DNA of 64,000 nucleotides from Terriglobia bacterium. GTDB taxonomy: Bacteria > Acidobacteriota > Terriglobia > JAJPHL01 > JAPKYU01. The DNA is taken from the NCBI GenBank assembly GCA_965206645.1, contig CBDBKE010000004.1, forward strand, positions 2,080,001 to 2,144,000. Reading direction: 5' to 3'. Under the pieces are notes generated by a model that worked only from the letters and a program-made list of their open reading frames with translations, had not been told where the DNA came from and did not search any database. Positions 41,014 through 51,287 of this stretch are shown here, piece after piece (position 1 is the stretch's first letter; each line of letters starts with the position of its first letter). Both the position numbers and the translations under genes were made by a program.

Positions 41014-41748
41014 GTTGCTCGCTTCCTCCCGTGCATACGCCTGTAACTGCCTGCAACTTCAAAGACTTCCGTTCCATTCGGCGAAATGCGCCCGGAATCT
41101 TGTTCGGACCGGCTGATCCGCATAATTCCCCGCATCTCCCTCAGCTCTCCATTGAAGGATCCTGCCCCATCTGGTCAGGAGGGCTTTGAACCCCTCGTCT
41201 ACCACGGATCAACACGTGTGTATAGTCCCTCGTGATCTTAACGTCCTTGTGCCTCAGCAGCTCGTGCAGTGGCCAAGGCACCGTCTATCCTCCTCCTCCC
41301 CACTTCGCGAGTCAAGGGGCCCGCGCCGTTCTCCGCTCCTTGGCTGTCGCCGAGATACCGCCTTGTTCTTGCACTGCCCGTTTTCTCTCCAAAACCTTCA
41401 CGCAGGTTCGCCCGTATCTGTGAGGCGGAAGTGGGCTACGAAGTCACGAAGAGCTAATGATGGGGAAGCCCTCGGCGTGGCAATTCCTCCCAGAGCCCCG
41501 ATGGTTTCCGGTTTGTCGGCGGCCCAGACAAAGGAGCAATCACCGTTCCCCTACCAGCAGAGGTAAAGGGGCGTGACGCAGTTCTCCGGCCCGATAGTAT
41601 TCCTCTCTCCCAGGGGTCTGGCGAGCAGGGTGGGAAAGTACCCCTGATGGGACTCAAGGAGGGGCTTACGACTGTTCCGTGTGGACGTTCGTGTGGACAG
41701 AGGGAGTGTTAGGCCAACTGTCGAATTGCTAAGCAAAAGAAAGGAATT

Positions 41749-41800
41749 GTGGACCTGGCCGGGTTCGAACCGGCGAATCGGCGACCTCCTGACTGCCAGT
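41749..41800 (-). mobile_element. att site: degenerate 3' half of tRNA-Ala(GGC)
   Basis: Minus strand ACTGGCAGTCAGGAGGTCGCCGA-TTCGCCGGTTCGAACCCGGCCAGGTCCAC, with an ~8-nt internal duplication. Confidence 0.7.
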
Positions 41801-42408
41801 TCACTTGGCTCATGAATACGGACTGCTACCGAGTGTGCTGGAGGGCCTGTCTGTTGCGGGTTTCCTGCGACACCGCAAACTTCGTGACGCTCCGTAGCAG
41901 TCCGTAATCTGTCGTATTCCAGCGCCGCTCAGAGCCCCCAGAGAGAAGAACTGTGCTGGAAGGGCTCAGTTGGAGGCCAATGGGCGTATTTACTCACGAG
42001 TCCCGGAGGGCCAAAAAACTAATTCCGGATATAACCGAACAAGACACCGGAGCAGGCAAAGCGAGCCATGATGTCACCCAAAGGAGGCCATGGCGATCTG
42101 AACTGGATCGACAGACCGGCTTGCAAATGTTTGGGGGAGAGGGAAAGTCAAATCGGAAACTCTCGCTTCGGGAGGCGCTACGGGATGGGGAAACTCAACT
42201 TCACTGACATCAGCCCTGAGGTGGCGCGGCGCATCGTGGTGTTCCTCAATTGCGCGAAGAACGCCGGAGACATCGCGGGATTCGAGCCGGCAGCTAGGAA
42301 TTGTTCAGCATTCTATAGGGAAGTACAAGAGGGGAGCTTACCTCAGTGCCGAGGATATTCAAATCGATTTGAACGGGGCGTACAAATCGAGTCTCTAGAT
42401 CAAGCCGA

Positions 42409-44098
42409 TTATTCTTTCAAGTGATGCCGGGCGTCTACCGGGCGAACGCATGCATTGGCGAGGAGGGCCACAACGAGTAAGCCGGCCATCAGAAACATCG
42501 TCGAGTTATAGAGTGTGCTCGAAGGGTCCAAGGTTCCCGGTGCAGCAATTTCCATCAATTTCGCGATGGTCACGGTTTTTTGAGCCACCAGCTCATCGAG
42601 TTATTCCAGAGGCGCGCCGGATTTTGCCGCAAAGGCGGCCGGATCCACCGAGCGCGCGAGTTTTTCCAGGGCGCGGTCGAGAGCCGTTTCCCGCAGGGAC
42701 GTGATGGCCAGCGGGCCCAACACCCCGGCGGTGCTCCAGGCGGTAAGCAGTCGCCCGTGAATCCCTCCCACGAACCGAGCGCCGAACAAGTCGGCTAGAT
42801 AGGCGGGAACCGTGGCAAATCCTCCTCCGTACATCGTAAAGATGAGCAGAGTGGATCCGTAGAAAAAGACCAGCCAGACGGCGGACGGGGAGACGGCGGC
42901 CTGCCGGGCCGTATAAGGGATGGATAGATAAAGAAGCGTTCCCAGCACAAAGAAGATGGTGTAGGTGGTCTTGCGTCCGAGATAGTCCGATACGCTGGCC
43001 CAGAAAAACCGCCCCCCCATGTTGAAGACGCTGATCATCAGAACACTAGGTTGCGGCAAAAGTGCCGTCCACGATTCCCGGCGAGGTGGTGCCGAAGATT
43101 TCCGTCATCATCGTCTTGGCCACGCCCAAGACCCCGATGCCCGCCGTTACGTTGAAGCAGAGGACAATCCAGAGCAGGTAGAATTGGGGTGTTTTCAAAG
43201 CTTGGTCGATCCCCACGTCATTCCGGCTGATCATTTTCCGCGCTGCATCCCGTTCCTCGGGAGGCCTCCATCCTTCCGGTTTCCATCCCGGCGCAGGAAT
43301 ACGATAGGAAAAAGAGGCCAGCAACATGACAGCGAGATAAATCGCACCCAGGGCCAGAAAGGTTGCCGCTACACCCGTCGTTCCCGTACCAACAAGGCAG
43401 ACTCCCTCCGGGCCGGGCATCAACATTTGGGAGACATCATTCGCTCCGACGACCACCACTTCCCGTAATTCGCCGGCCAGGGAAGCAAACCGCTTTCCTC
43501 CTTCCGTCACCAGGGAAACCTCCTCCACGCGCCCCAGAAAATCCGGACTGCGGTAGAAGAGTCGGATCAGAAATTCCTTTAGCGGGGCCCCGATCATTGC
43601 GCCCCCGCCGAATCCCATGATGGCCATGCCGGCCGCCATCCCGCGCCGGTCGGGAAACCAGCGAATGAGCGTGCTGACGGGCGAAACGTAGCCCAGCCCC
43701 AGGCCGCATCCTCCCAGGACTCCGTAGCCGAGATAAAGGAGCCAGAGCTGATGAAGCTGGATGCCTGCGCCTCCGAGCATGAATCCCCCGCCCCAGCAGA
43801 TTGCCGCCACCGTTCCCACCAAGCGGGGTCCCACCTTCTCCAGCCATTTCCCCGCAAAAGCGGCTGCGAGACCCAGAAATACGATCGCCACCGTGAAGAC
43901 CCAGACCACCTGCTTGAGCGTCCAGTTCCCCGCGGCGCTTACGACCACCCCCTGGACTTTCACCAGCGCAGGGTTGAAAATGCTCCAGGCATAGACGGAA
44001 CCGATGCAGAGATGGATTGCCACCGAAGCAGGCGGAACCTTCCAACGATTGAAGCCGGATGGTGCAATAATCCGTTCTTTCGAAAAAATATCCGCCAT
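42409..44098 (-). pseudogene. OFA-family MFS transporter with a 1-bp insertion (~43046) and a nonsense codon (42601-42603)
   Basis: IHLCIGSVYAWS, GLGYVSPVSTLIRWFPDRRGMA.G, YGGGFAT.PAYLADLFG; frame continues past the TAA to RHHLKE* at 42409. Confidence 0.85.
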
Positions 44099-44471
44099 GA
44101 TCCCAGATTATGAAACCGGAAATCTGCCCTTCAAATTTCACGAAGCAGGCGATTATACACGGGACACCTGCGCCTCCGGCTGCCGTGCTTTCTTGAGTCG
44201 GTTCTTTTGAATTCTGCTGCGAAAGGGTCTAACAGGGTGCTGAAAAACGCAGCAAAAATAAAAGTGCTTCGTTCTGGAGAAGCTGTGCGAGTCGTTTCCA
44301 GGGGCGTTCATGGGCCTTTGGGGCCTTGCTCGGATCCCCGATTCGCCTGGGGCCCATGTCCACCTCGCCGGGGAACGGCAATGCCGGATAGCCGTCCGGC
44401 CTTGAGAATCGGAGTATCATTGCCCCCAAGGGGAGAATCGGCCGCCCTGCCGTTTGCCGTAGGAGTCCTAG

Positions 44472-45176
44472 ATGACGAAAGCCAAAACCGGCTGGCTGCT
44501 GCTGGGAATCTTGTGTCTGGCCTCCTTTGCCGTGGCCCAAGCCGCGGCCTGGGCGAAGTACATAAAGGCAGGCACAGAAGCCTACCAGCGGGGCCAGTAC
44601 TCCGGGGCTGAGAAACAATTCGTGGCTGCCCTCAAGGAGGCTGAAAAGTTTAGAGAGCAGGACCCTCGGCTAGCCACCAGCCTCAACAACCTAGCGGAGC
44701 TTTACCGCGCCCAGGGTAAGTCCGCTGAGGCCGAGCCGCTCTACCGGCGGGCGCTGGCGATCGTGGAGAAAGCCCTGGGTCCGGAGCATCCGAATATGGC
44801 CACCAGCCTCAACAACCTGGCGTTGCTCTACGACGCCCGGGGGAAGTACGCCGAGGCCGAGCGGTTTTACAAACGCTCGCTGGCAATCCGAGAGAAGGCC
44901 CTGGGACCGCAACATCCTCACGTTGCCCAAAGCCTCAACAACCTAGCGTCGCTCTACCAAGCCCAGGCCAAGTACGCCGAGGCCGTGCCGCTCTACCAGT
45001 GGGCGCTGGTGGTTTGGGAGAAAGCCCTGGGGCCAGAGCATCCCAGCGTGGTCACGGCCCTAGAGAATTATGCTGAGCTTCTACGGAAGACGAACCGGAA
45101 GGCCGAGGCCGCCAAACTGGAGGCCCGCGCCCAGGCCATTCGCGCCAAGCACGCTGGAAAGAACCCACCGAAGTGA
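44472..45176 (+). CDS. Secreted TPR-repeat protein
   Basis: Signal peptide; repeated ATSLNNLA.LY..QGKYAEAE.LY.RALAI.EKALGP.HP units. Confidence 0.9.
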   Translation: MTKAKTGWLLLGILCLASFAVAQAAAWAKYIKAGTEAYQRGQYSGAEKQFVAALKEAEKFREQDPRLATSLNNLAELYRAQGKSAEAEPLYRRALAIVEKALGPEHPNMATSLNNLALLYDARGKYAEAERFYKRSLAIREKALGPQHPHVAQSLNNLASLYQAQAKYAEAVPLYQWALVVWEKALGPEHPSVVTALENYAELLRKTNRKAEAAKLEARAQAIRAKHAGKNPPK

Positions 45177-45191
45177 CCTACCTCGTGGTCA

Positions 45192-45265
45192 CCAGCAATG
45201 CCGAACAGGTCCCCACAAACGGGCTAGTGTTTACCTATGTTCCAGCCTGGATGGTCCACGTGTGT
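45192..45265 (+). repeat. Twin-site element, copy D (second subsite truncated)
   Basis: CCAGCAATGCCGA-ACAGGTCCCCACAAACGGGCTAGTGTTTACCTAT..CACGTGTGTG, 15 bp after the TPR gene stop. Confidence 0.75.
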
Positions 45266-45904
45266 GTGCCTCGGGGCTGGAAAATCTTCGGTGTTGAGCG
45301 CCCTGGAGGACTGTAGCGATCCCCCGAGCGCAAGATTAGAGGGGGGTATCTAAAGTGGGCTAAGTACACGGCGCGTAGCCTCCAAGGACAGGGACGACGT
45401 TAGCGTTGCTGCCTATGGTGGTGCGAAGCGCCTGGCCCGACGATCTCGTTGGCGCCGATCGCCTCTCTGGCGCCGGTCAACGAATATGGGTTGCTGTTCC
45501 CGGCGACGGTCTCGGCGCCGGCGCCGCTGGAAGTTGCGCTCGTCCAGCAAGTTCCTTTCCCTTTCGCTCAGGTTAGGAATCCGTCGTGGAAGTAGTGTCG
45601 TTGTACGCCGCGAAACGGTCAAGCAGAGTCATGGACTTGGTTACATCCAAGACAATTCTTGAGCTCAGTGCTCGAAGCAAGCGAATGCTGAATCTGCTGC
45701 TTCAAGACCGATCCTTTCAGAGATTGCCGGAAGCGGGCGAACGACCGCAGTGAAGGAGTAAGGAGCCCGTAGATGGGCACATCTGCCGAGGCGTGAGCGC
45801 GTAGTTCGCCTGTAATATTGGGAACGCCCCCAATCGCCCAGAATCGCCCGCTAGGGCGCCTGACAGGGCTGGACTACCCCGCCGGACTGACAACCGGAAT
45901 TGCA

Positions 45905-46056
45905 GGCGATCGGATCGAGTTACGTGGCTTTGGGGTCTCCAACGTAAAGCCGCGCAAACAGGCATCGACCGCAATCCCCGCACCGGCAACGTCGTCAACA
46001 TCCCTCCAGGCAAGTCTGTTCGTTTCAAGCCGGGCAAGGAGCTGCAGAGTCTCTAG
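45905..46056 (+). pseudogene. C-terminal half of an HU/IHF family gene, frameshifted
   Basis: GDRIELRGFGV..KPRK / TGIDRNPRTG..VNIPPGKSVRFKPGKELQSL*. Confidence 0.8.
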
Positions 46057-46160
46057 TCCTGTTCTTGCGCACCGTCCCCCACCGGCCCCAAAGAATTGAA
46101 CACCCCAGGCACGGCATGAGCGATCATCCCCTGACTTTATCGTGGGCCTTGAGAACCGGC

Positions 46161-46382
46161 TCACTTGACCAGTTGCATCGTCTCTGACGCGGCCGGCACC
46201 TTAACTTGCAAACCTGCGATTAGCTCCAGAGTGGCTTTGTTGACTGTTTCAGCTTCCTGTAGTCGTTGCTCCATGCGGTTGAACTCGACTCGAAGCTTGC
46301 GATTGCTTTCGTAAGTGGCCATTGTGAAGAACGTCAGAATCAGGATCGCTAGCGCAAAGATGACTCGCTCTGAAGTGCGCAT
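46161..46382 (-). CDS. Small single-TM coiled-coil hypothetical protein
   Basis: AAAGGAGG RBS, N-terminal TM, heptad-like tail. Confidence 0.55.
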   Translation of the reverse strand: MRTSERVIFALAILILTFFTMATYESNRKLRVEFNRMEQRLQEAETVNKATLELIAGLQVKVPAASETMQLVK

Positions 46383-46769
46383 CTTGGGCGTGACCTCCTT
46401 TCCGCTTTGGTTGTATTGGTGAGCAGGTCATGCGAAACTGCCGCCGTGGGACTTGTCACGTGTCAACCGAAATGCCCGATTGGAGGCTAGAAGCATACGC
46501 CGTCCCCCCTCTTGTTGCAAGCTCAGCACCATGGCCTCTCCTGGGTGGTATCGCGGACTAACGGTTGGGCTTATTAGGAAGGAAGCGGGAGTCCCACCTG
46601 AAAGCACCCTAGGTAACCCCCCTGGTGTGAGGTGCTGCCCAGGTCCGGACCCCTTTGTGCTGCGCCAAGCGTGAAACGCTGCTATTATGGCAGGTAGCCC
46701 CACCTCGAAAATGTGGGACCATGCCCGATAAGCCCAAATACGAGAGAGCAGCTAAAGGGAAGCGAACGC

Positions 46770-47070
46770 GCCCAGTGGCCTTCATCCTGGTCGTCGGACG
46801 GCCAAACCCTGGCCTTTCTTGAAGTCCATCCCAACACGGGCGCTGACATCTCGGTTCTTCCGTTGCAGGGCGAGCGCAAGCCGCGCCCATTCCTCCAAAC
46901 CCAATTTAATGAAGTCCTGGCGGTGTTCTCCCCGGACGGTCAGTGGCTAACGTATCTCTCCGATGAGTCCGGACGGTTTGAAGTCTACGTACGGCCGTTT
47001 CCCGGCCCCGGCGGCAAGTGGCAGATCTCCACCCAAGGCGGCCATCGGCCGTTCTGGGCGAAGAACGGTT
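46770..47070 (+). pseudogene. PD40/TolB-like beta-propeller scrap of a Ser/Thr kinase
   Basis: PSSWSSDG..FSPDGQWLTYLSDESGRFEVYVRPFPGPGGKWQIST.GG. Confidence 0.8.
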
Positions 47071-47211
47071 TCCTAGTACCAAGACCGGTTTCACGGCTCC
47101 AGGCTGCGATGTAAACTCTCACGACGTGTGGTACAAAAAGTCGGTCTGGTCACCAGAGTTTTCCGGAATGGAAAGGTTTACTTCCAAACAGCGGATTGAG
47201 GGAGGCTACCC

Positions 47212-47697
47212 ATGCCGTGGAAAGTTTCATTCGTTGAGGGAATCGACGGTGTAATTCGTTGGGCGGTTCGGGCTTTGGCTCTCCTGATGACCTTTGTGGT
47301 GATCATGGGTGTCGTGGAAGTTGTGTGGGAACTATACGACCGCCTCCGTCAGCCACCCATTATGAAGCTGGGGATTACGGAACTCGAGGCTACGTTCGGC
47401 ACGTTCATGGCGGTTCTGGTGGCAATCGCAATCCTCGCAAATATCACCTTACGTCTGCGAGAAGGCGTCGTCCGCGCCGAGGTGGTGATGGGCACGGCGC
47501 TCATTGCCACGGCACGAACAGTTATCATTCTCGACCTGAGAGAGTATTCGGCGCCGCAAGTGTGGGGAGTTGCGGTGCTGGTTCTGGCGACGGCTATCGG
47601 ATACTGGCTGGTGCGCGGAGGTAGTCCGAAGAGTGCCCTCCTCTCTCGGGAAAGCGCGGACGTTCCGAGCGGTCGAAGTCCGGCGGAGAAAAATTAG
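47212..47697 (+). CDS. Phosphate-starvation-inducible PsiE family membrane protein
   Basis: Four TM helices, FG.FMAVL.AI..NIT..L, TALIA.AR.VIILD. Confidence 0.8.
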   Translation: MPWKVSFVEGIDGVIRWAVRALALLMTFVVIMGVVEVVWELYDRLRQPPIMKLGITELEATFGTFMAVLVAIAILANITLRLREGVVRAEVVMGTALIATARTVIILDLREYSAPQVWGVAVLVLATAIGYWLVRGGSPKSALLSRESADVPSGRSPAEKN

Positions 47698-48079
47698 TCA
47701 CATCTTCTCTCATGCTCTTTGGAAATGAATGTCATGTAGGGCGCCGTGCTCAGGGCGGGAGGAGATCAAGAAAAACGTCGTACCTGTAGGAGAGCAGGTT
47801 ATAAAGCTCGATACAAAATGACCCGCAGCCACTCTATGAGACACACGAAGTTGAGCGAGTTGGATTGTTGCGTGCCGACTACGACTCGCTTATCGCCGAA
47901 ATCGAGCAACTCACCAAAACGACAATCAGTGCCACTTCGGGCAAGTTGAGATGGTAAAGCGAGCCATCTTGCCTGGGCCAGAGAACAAGCGGCTGCGGGA
48001 GGTGCTGGGCAATTATTGGAAGCCTGCCTTCGGGCAGATGCGGCTGAAGACTTGGCCGAAGAGGTGGACGGCTCACTGC

Positions 48080-48236
48080 TAGATGCAGCTCGCGCCACGC
48101 TGGACCGGCTCTCGCTCCAGAGCCGCGTGATAGATCTCCTCGACCTTTTGCCAACGTTCGGGCGTCATCCCGCTACACCCCTGCCACCACCCAACTTCTC
48201 CAGGATGCGGTATCGCCCGAGCGGCCGGCCGACCAT
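48080..48236 (-). pseudogene. Scraps of Ser/Thr kinase N-termini
   Basis: MVGRPLGRYRILEKLGGG and VEEIYHAALEREP. Confidence 0.6.
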
Positions 48237-48367
48237 GAGCAAGAAGCCTCCCTCTTGGGGGCCAAGCTACGCCCCGGCCACAGGCAAGTCAAGGCGAATG
48301 GCCTACTCCGGGAAGGGGTTGCTGACGGCAGTATCTCGCTCTAAAGCGGGTTCCCTCAATCTTCTTT

Positions 48368-48450
48368 GATAGCTTCCCACTAGTCGGTTCGTGTTTACCC
48401 ATGCTGCCACACCGCCACTTGGATGTATAACGCGCTTATCGGAAACTGAC
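48368..48450 (+). repeat. Twin-34-bp-site element, copy B
   Basis: ATAGCTTCCCACTAGTCGGTTCGTGTTTACCCAT-N13-CACTTGGATGTATAACGCGCTTATCGGAAACTGA. Confidence 0.8.
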
Positions 48451-48476
48451 CCACTACCCTGGCGGGCCTAGAGGGT

Positions 48477-48559
48477 CACTTGTCCGGTAAGCCGACTATG
48501 CGGCCAAGTGGAACTTGGTCGGTAAACGCTAGCCCGTTTGTGGGGACCTGGCATTGCTG
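48477..48559 (-). repeat. Twin-34-bp-site element, copy C (inverted, adjacent to B)
   Basis: Minus strand CCAGGTCCCCACAAACGGGCTAGCGTTTACCGAC-N7-CACTTGGCCGCATAGTCGGCTTACCGGACAAGTG. Confidence 0.8.
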
Positions 48560-48709
48560 TTGACAAGGGGGTATCGCGTGCCGCTTGCACTGTGGCAGGC
48601 GCAAGACCGCCGGCGCAACTAGCCGAGTCGCCGCGTTGACTTGGCTGAGGGTGCAGACTAAGGAGCCAGCCCACCGCTGGCTCTTTTTCATTCTCATTTG
48701 GCTAAGTAC

Positions 48710-48890
48710 CTACGCCGTTGCCAGCGCCTTCCGCCGTTCGCGGTGGTATTCCGACAACTTGGCGTTAGCCGCCGCGATCGTTTTGCCCTCATCGGCAACC
48801 CTGGCCAAGTCATTCCCAGGAACCGCTACGTAAAGCTCGTCTTCCCCGAGGTCTGTGTAGACGCGGTTACCGATACAGCCCGTGCTCGTG
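48710..48890 (-). pseudogene. C-terminal scrap of a DUF169 family gene
   Basis: STGCIGNRVYTDLGEDELYVAVPG..AN..L..YH..RR. Confidence 0.6.
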
Positions 48891-48995
48891 TCGACCTCAA
48901 TGGGGAATCCCAGGCAAGGTTGGATTTCCATCGGAAATCCGCAGCCCTGGGTTTTTCTTTCAAGAAGAATTTACCTGGCGGAATAAGGGAAAAGA

Positions 48996-50204
48996 TCAGG
49001 TCGCTTCCCAGTCGATTTCCTTGACCTCGTTCTGGGCGGGGGGAATCGCCGGCACGGGTTGCCTGCGAAACAGCAAGACCGCCACCGGGAATCCCACGAA
49101 ACCGGTCAGCCCCAGAACCCAAAGGGTCGAGTAAAGCCCGAATCTTTCGGCGAACATTCCCGCCGGGGTAATGCCGATTGCCGCCATCCCCCAGCTCACG
49201 CCCATCACGAAGCTCGAAATCGTCCCCACTCGCCGGGGAAAGCTGCGCTGGCTGATGGCGATCAGAATGGGCACTCCGGTGAAGATGGAATACCCCGCCA
49301 GTCCGAAGCACGCGATGCCCGCAATGGAAGTCCCCAAAAGGAGATATCCGAGCAAGAGCGGGATGGGAATCAGGAAGGATGCAAACAGGACTCCCTTTTC
49401 GCCGATGCGCTCGGCCCAGGTACCGCCCGTCAAGCCGCCGATTCCTCCCGCAATCCCGAACACAAAGAACGTCAGGCCCACGGTAGGGAGCGGGGTGCCG
49501 AGTTCGGTCAGGTAGAGCGGCACAAAGGTCTGAAAGCCCAGGATTACAAATGCGCGAAGCATGGAGAGAATTCCCAGGCCAAACAGTAATCCGTAGCCCG
49601 CTGGCAGGGTTCCCGCCCCCCGAGATTTTCCCTCCTGAGGCACGGGCCTTTCGTTGATGTTGCGGCGAATCAGGAAGGCAACCAGACATCCGAAAACGAC
49701 GGCATAAACCGTCGCGGACAATCCTCCCCAGTCGACCAGCGCCGCGGCCACCAGGGCTCCCACGGCCACGCCCATCACCCCGCCGGTGACGAAGATGGAC
49801 ATTCCGACACTATGCCGGGGCCCGCTTTCGAGCGCCGCCAGGGATGCGCCGTAGGGATGAAATGCGGCAATGCTCAGACCGCCGGCGATGACCAGGAAAA
49901 TCAGACTGGTGTAGGAAGGCATGATCCCGATACAACTCAGTGTGACTGCGGCGAGCATGGGAGCGAAGGCCACCAGGCGCACACTGCGCCAGCGGTCGAA
50001 CAACACCCCGAAAAGTGCCTGCGAGAATGTGACCGAAAGCGAAAAGGCCGAAACCAGGATGGCCGCCTCGGTAAGCGTAAAACCCACGGCCCGCTGCAAC
50101 ACCGGCACCAGCACGGGAATAAACCCGGCATAGAAGTCCACCGTAAAATGGCCAACCGTAAGCAGGAGGAGCTTGGATAATCTGAACTCAGCCTTTGAAA
50201 TCAT
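48996..50204 (-). CDS. MFS transporter (Fsr fosmidomycin-resistance-like)
   Basis: GHFTVDFY, AAFHP.G, GMSIFVTGG..G.A.G; about 12 TM segments. Confidence 0.85.
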   Translation of the reverse strand: MISKAEFRLSKLLLLTVGHFTVDFYAGFIPVLVPVLQRAVGFTLTEAAILVSAFSLSVTFSQALFGVLFDRWRSVRLVAFAPMLAAVTLSCIGIMPSYTSLIFLVIAGGLSIAAFHPYGASLAALESGPRHSVGMSIFVTGGVMGVAVGALVAAALVDWGGLSATVYAVVFGCLVAFLIRRNINERPVPQEGKSRGAGTLPAGYGLLFGLGILSMLRAFVILGFQTFVPLYLTELGTPLPTVGLTFFVFGIAGGIGGLTGGTWAERIGEKGVLFASFLIPIPLLLGYLLLGTSIAGIACFGLAGYSIFTGVPILIAISQRSFPRRVGTISSFVMGVSWGMAAIGITPAGMFAERFGLYSTLWVLGLTGFVGFPVAVLLFRRQPVPAIPPAQNEVKEIDWEAT

Positions 50205-50214
50205 AAAGTTATGT

Positions 50215-50415
50215 CCCGCGATTGAATCCATTCGGACATGCCCTGCGGTGCTGGTGGATCATAGAACCGGAACCACTCCCGTTTGACGATGCCACCCTCA
50301 AGCGGAGCTGGACGCTGCTGGTACAGGCCAGCGAACATGTGCTTTCCCATCTCCGATTCCTTCTGGTGGAGTTCCGTCTTGCTATAGCGGGACTCCCAGA
50401 GCGCCTCACCGTCCC
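50215..50415 (-). pseudogene. Phage terminase large subunit scrap
   Basis: GEALWESRY..FAGLYQQRPAPLEGGIVKREWFRFY..IQSxD. Confidence 0.75.
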
Positions 50416-50799
50416 AGAACTCTCCCTTGCCTACCTTAACGCCGCAGAATATCGTCCTCATCCTCAGCGATCGCTGGCAGCTTCACGCCGCTGACCCCGT
50501 TCAGCAGGTGAGGGGCTTACGTCCGTGGGAAGCCAGCTTCGCAAGGCTCCTAGAATTTCAATAGCGAACAACCGCTTGTGGATCACCTGCCCCAGGCCGT
50601 CCACCACCCGCGGCGCGGTAGAAATCGAGGCGTGCGCGATGCTCGTTCGCCCTCCCTCGCGGCCCTTGCGGACGGCGGAAATATCTTCCAGGAAGCTGGC
50701 GAGCCAGTAGGGAGAGGGCGGCTCGCCCCCCTTTTGTTACCTAACTGTTACCTTTACCGACAGAGCGAAGCCTTATTTCCACACAACTGATTGAAAATA

Positions 50800-50846
50800 T
50801 GGAGCCGACGGGGGGACTTGAACCCCCAACCCCCTGATTACGAATC
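50800..50846 (-). mobile_element. att site: 3' half of tRNA-Thr(CGT)
   Basis: Minus strand GATTCGTAATCAGGGGGTTGGGGGTTCAAGTCCCCCCGTCGGCTCCA; 5' half absent. Confidence 0.85.
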
Positions 50847-51287
50847 CGGGGGCAGTATGTCCACCACGTTCACGGGCGTCTATTCTCTAGCAACTTACAA
50901 GCGACTTCATTCCATTTCGTCCAGGGCGTTTGGCTGTCGTCTATCCTGTTGGCTGTCAACCATATCTCGACGGGTAACCCACCCAGGGAACGCCCGCATG
51001 CGAGGCTTCCGTCCCGCGGGGCAGGCGACGGTCCCGATGGTACCAGCCCGAGCCAGAATCTTGTAATTCGGAATGACGTTTATGAATATAAATGACGCCC
51101 GCCACACCCGCTGACGTGGCTGGACCGCACCGGTGCTGACAATCGGCACTGTAGGGAAGCGGAGAGAGAAAGTGGGAGTCCCACTTGACACCCCCTGGGA
51201 TCACCCCCCAGGGCCCGTGCTGTCACGGACGGTACCAGGCGGTGGGCTGGTTCTTCGAGCGAGCGTCGCCCGCTCGGCCCTTGCCTC

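Noticed and set aside
41205-41245. Additional twin-site copy (CACGTGTGTATAGTCCCT)
   Set aside because: Only a partial left-arm resemblance, too weak without a profile score.
44229-44250. IS5/IS1182-like terminal sequence CTAACAGGGTGCTGAAAAAC
   Set aside because: No partner IR or transposase was found, so an element cannot be defined.
44660-45050. 126-bp DNA repeats as a DGR or repeat array
   Set aside because: Explained by in-frame 42-aa TPR units; no reverse transcriptase or adenine-specific variation was seen.
48420-48447. Chromosomal dif site or integron attI
   Set aside because: Only one arm is XerC-like, the XerD arm TTATGTTAAAT is absent, the site is multicopy, and the spacing does not fit attI L/R boxes.
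11795-48559. GTCCCCAC-containing repeats as a CRISPR array
   Set aside because: Copies are kilobases apart and in both orientations, with no regular spacers and no cas genes.
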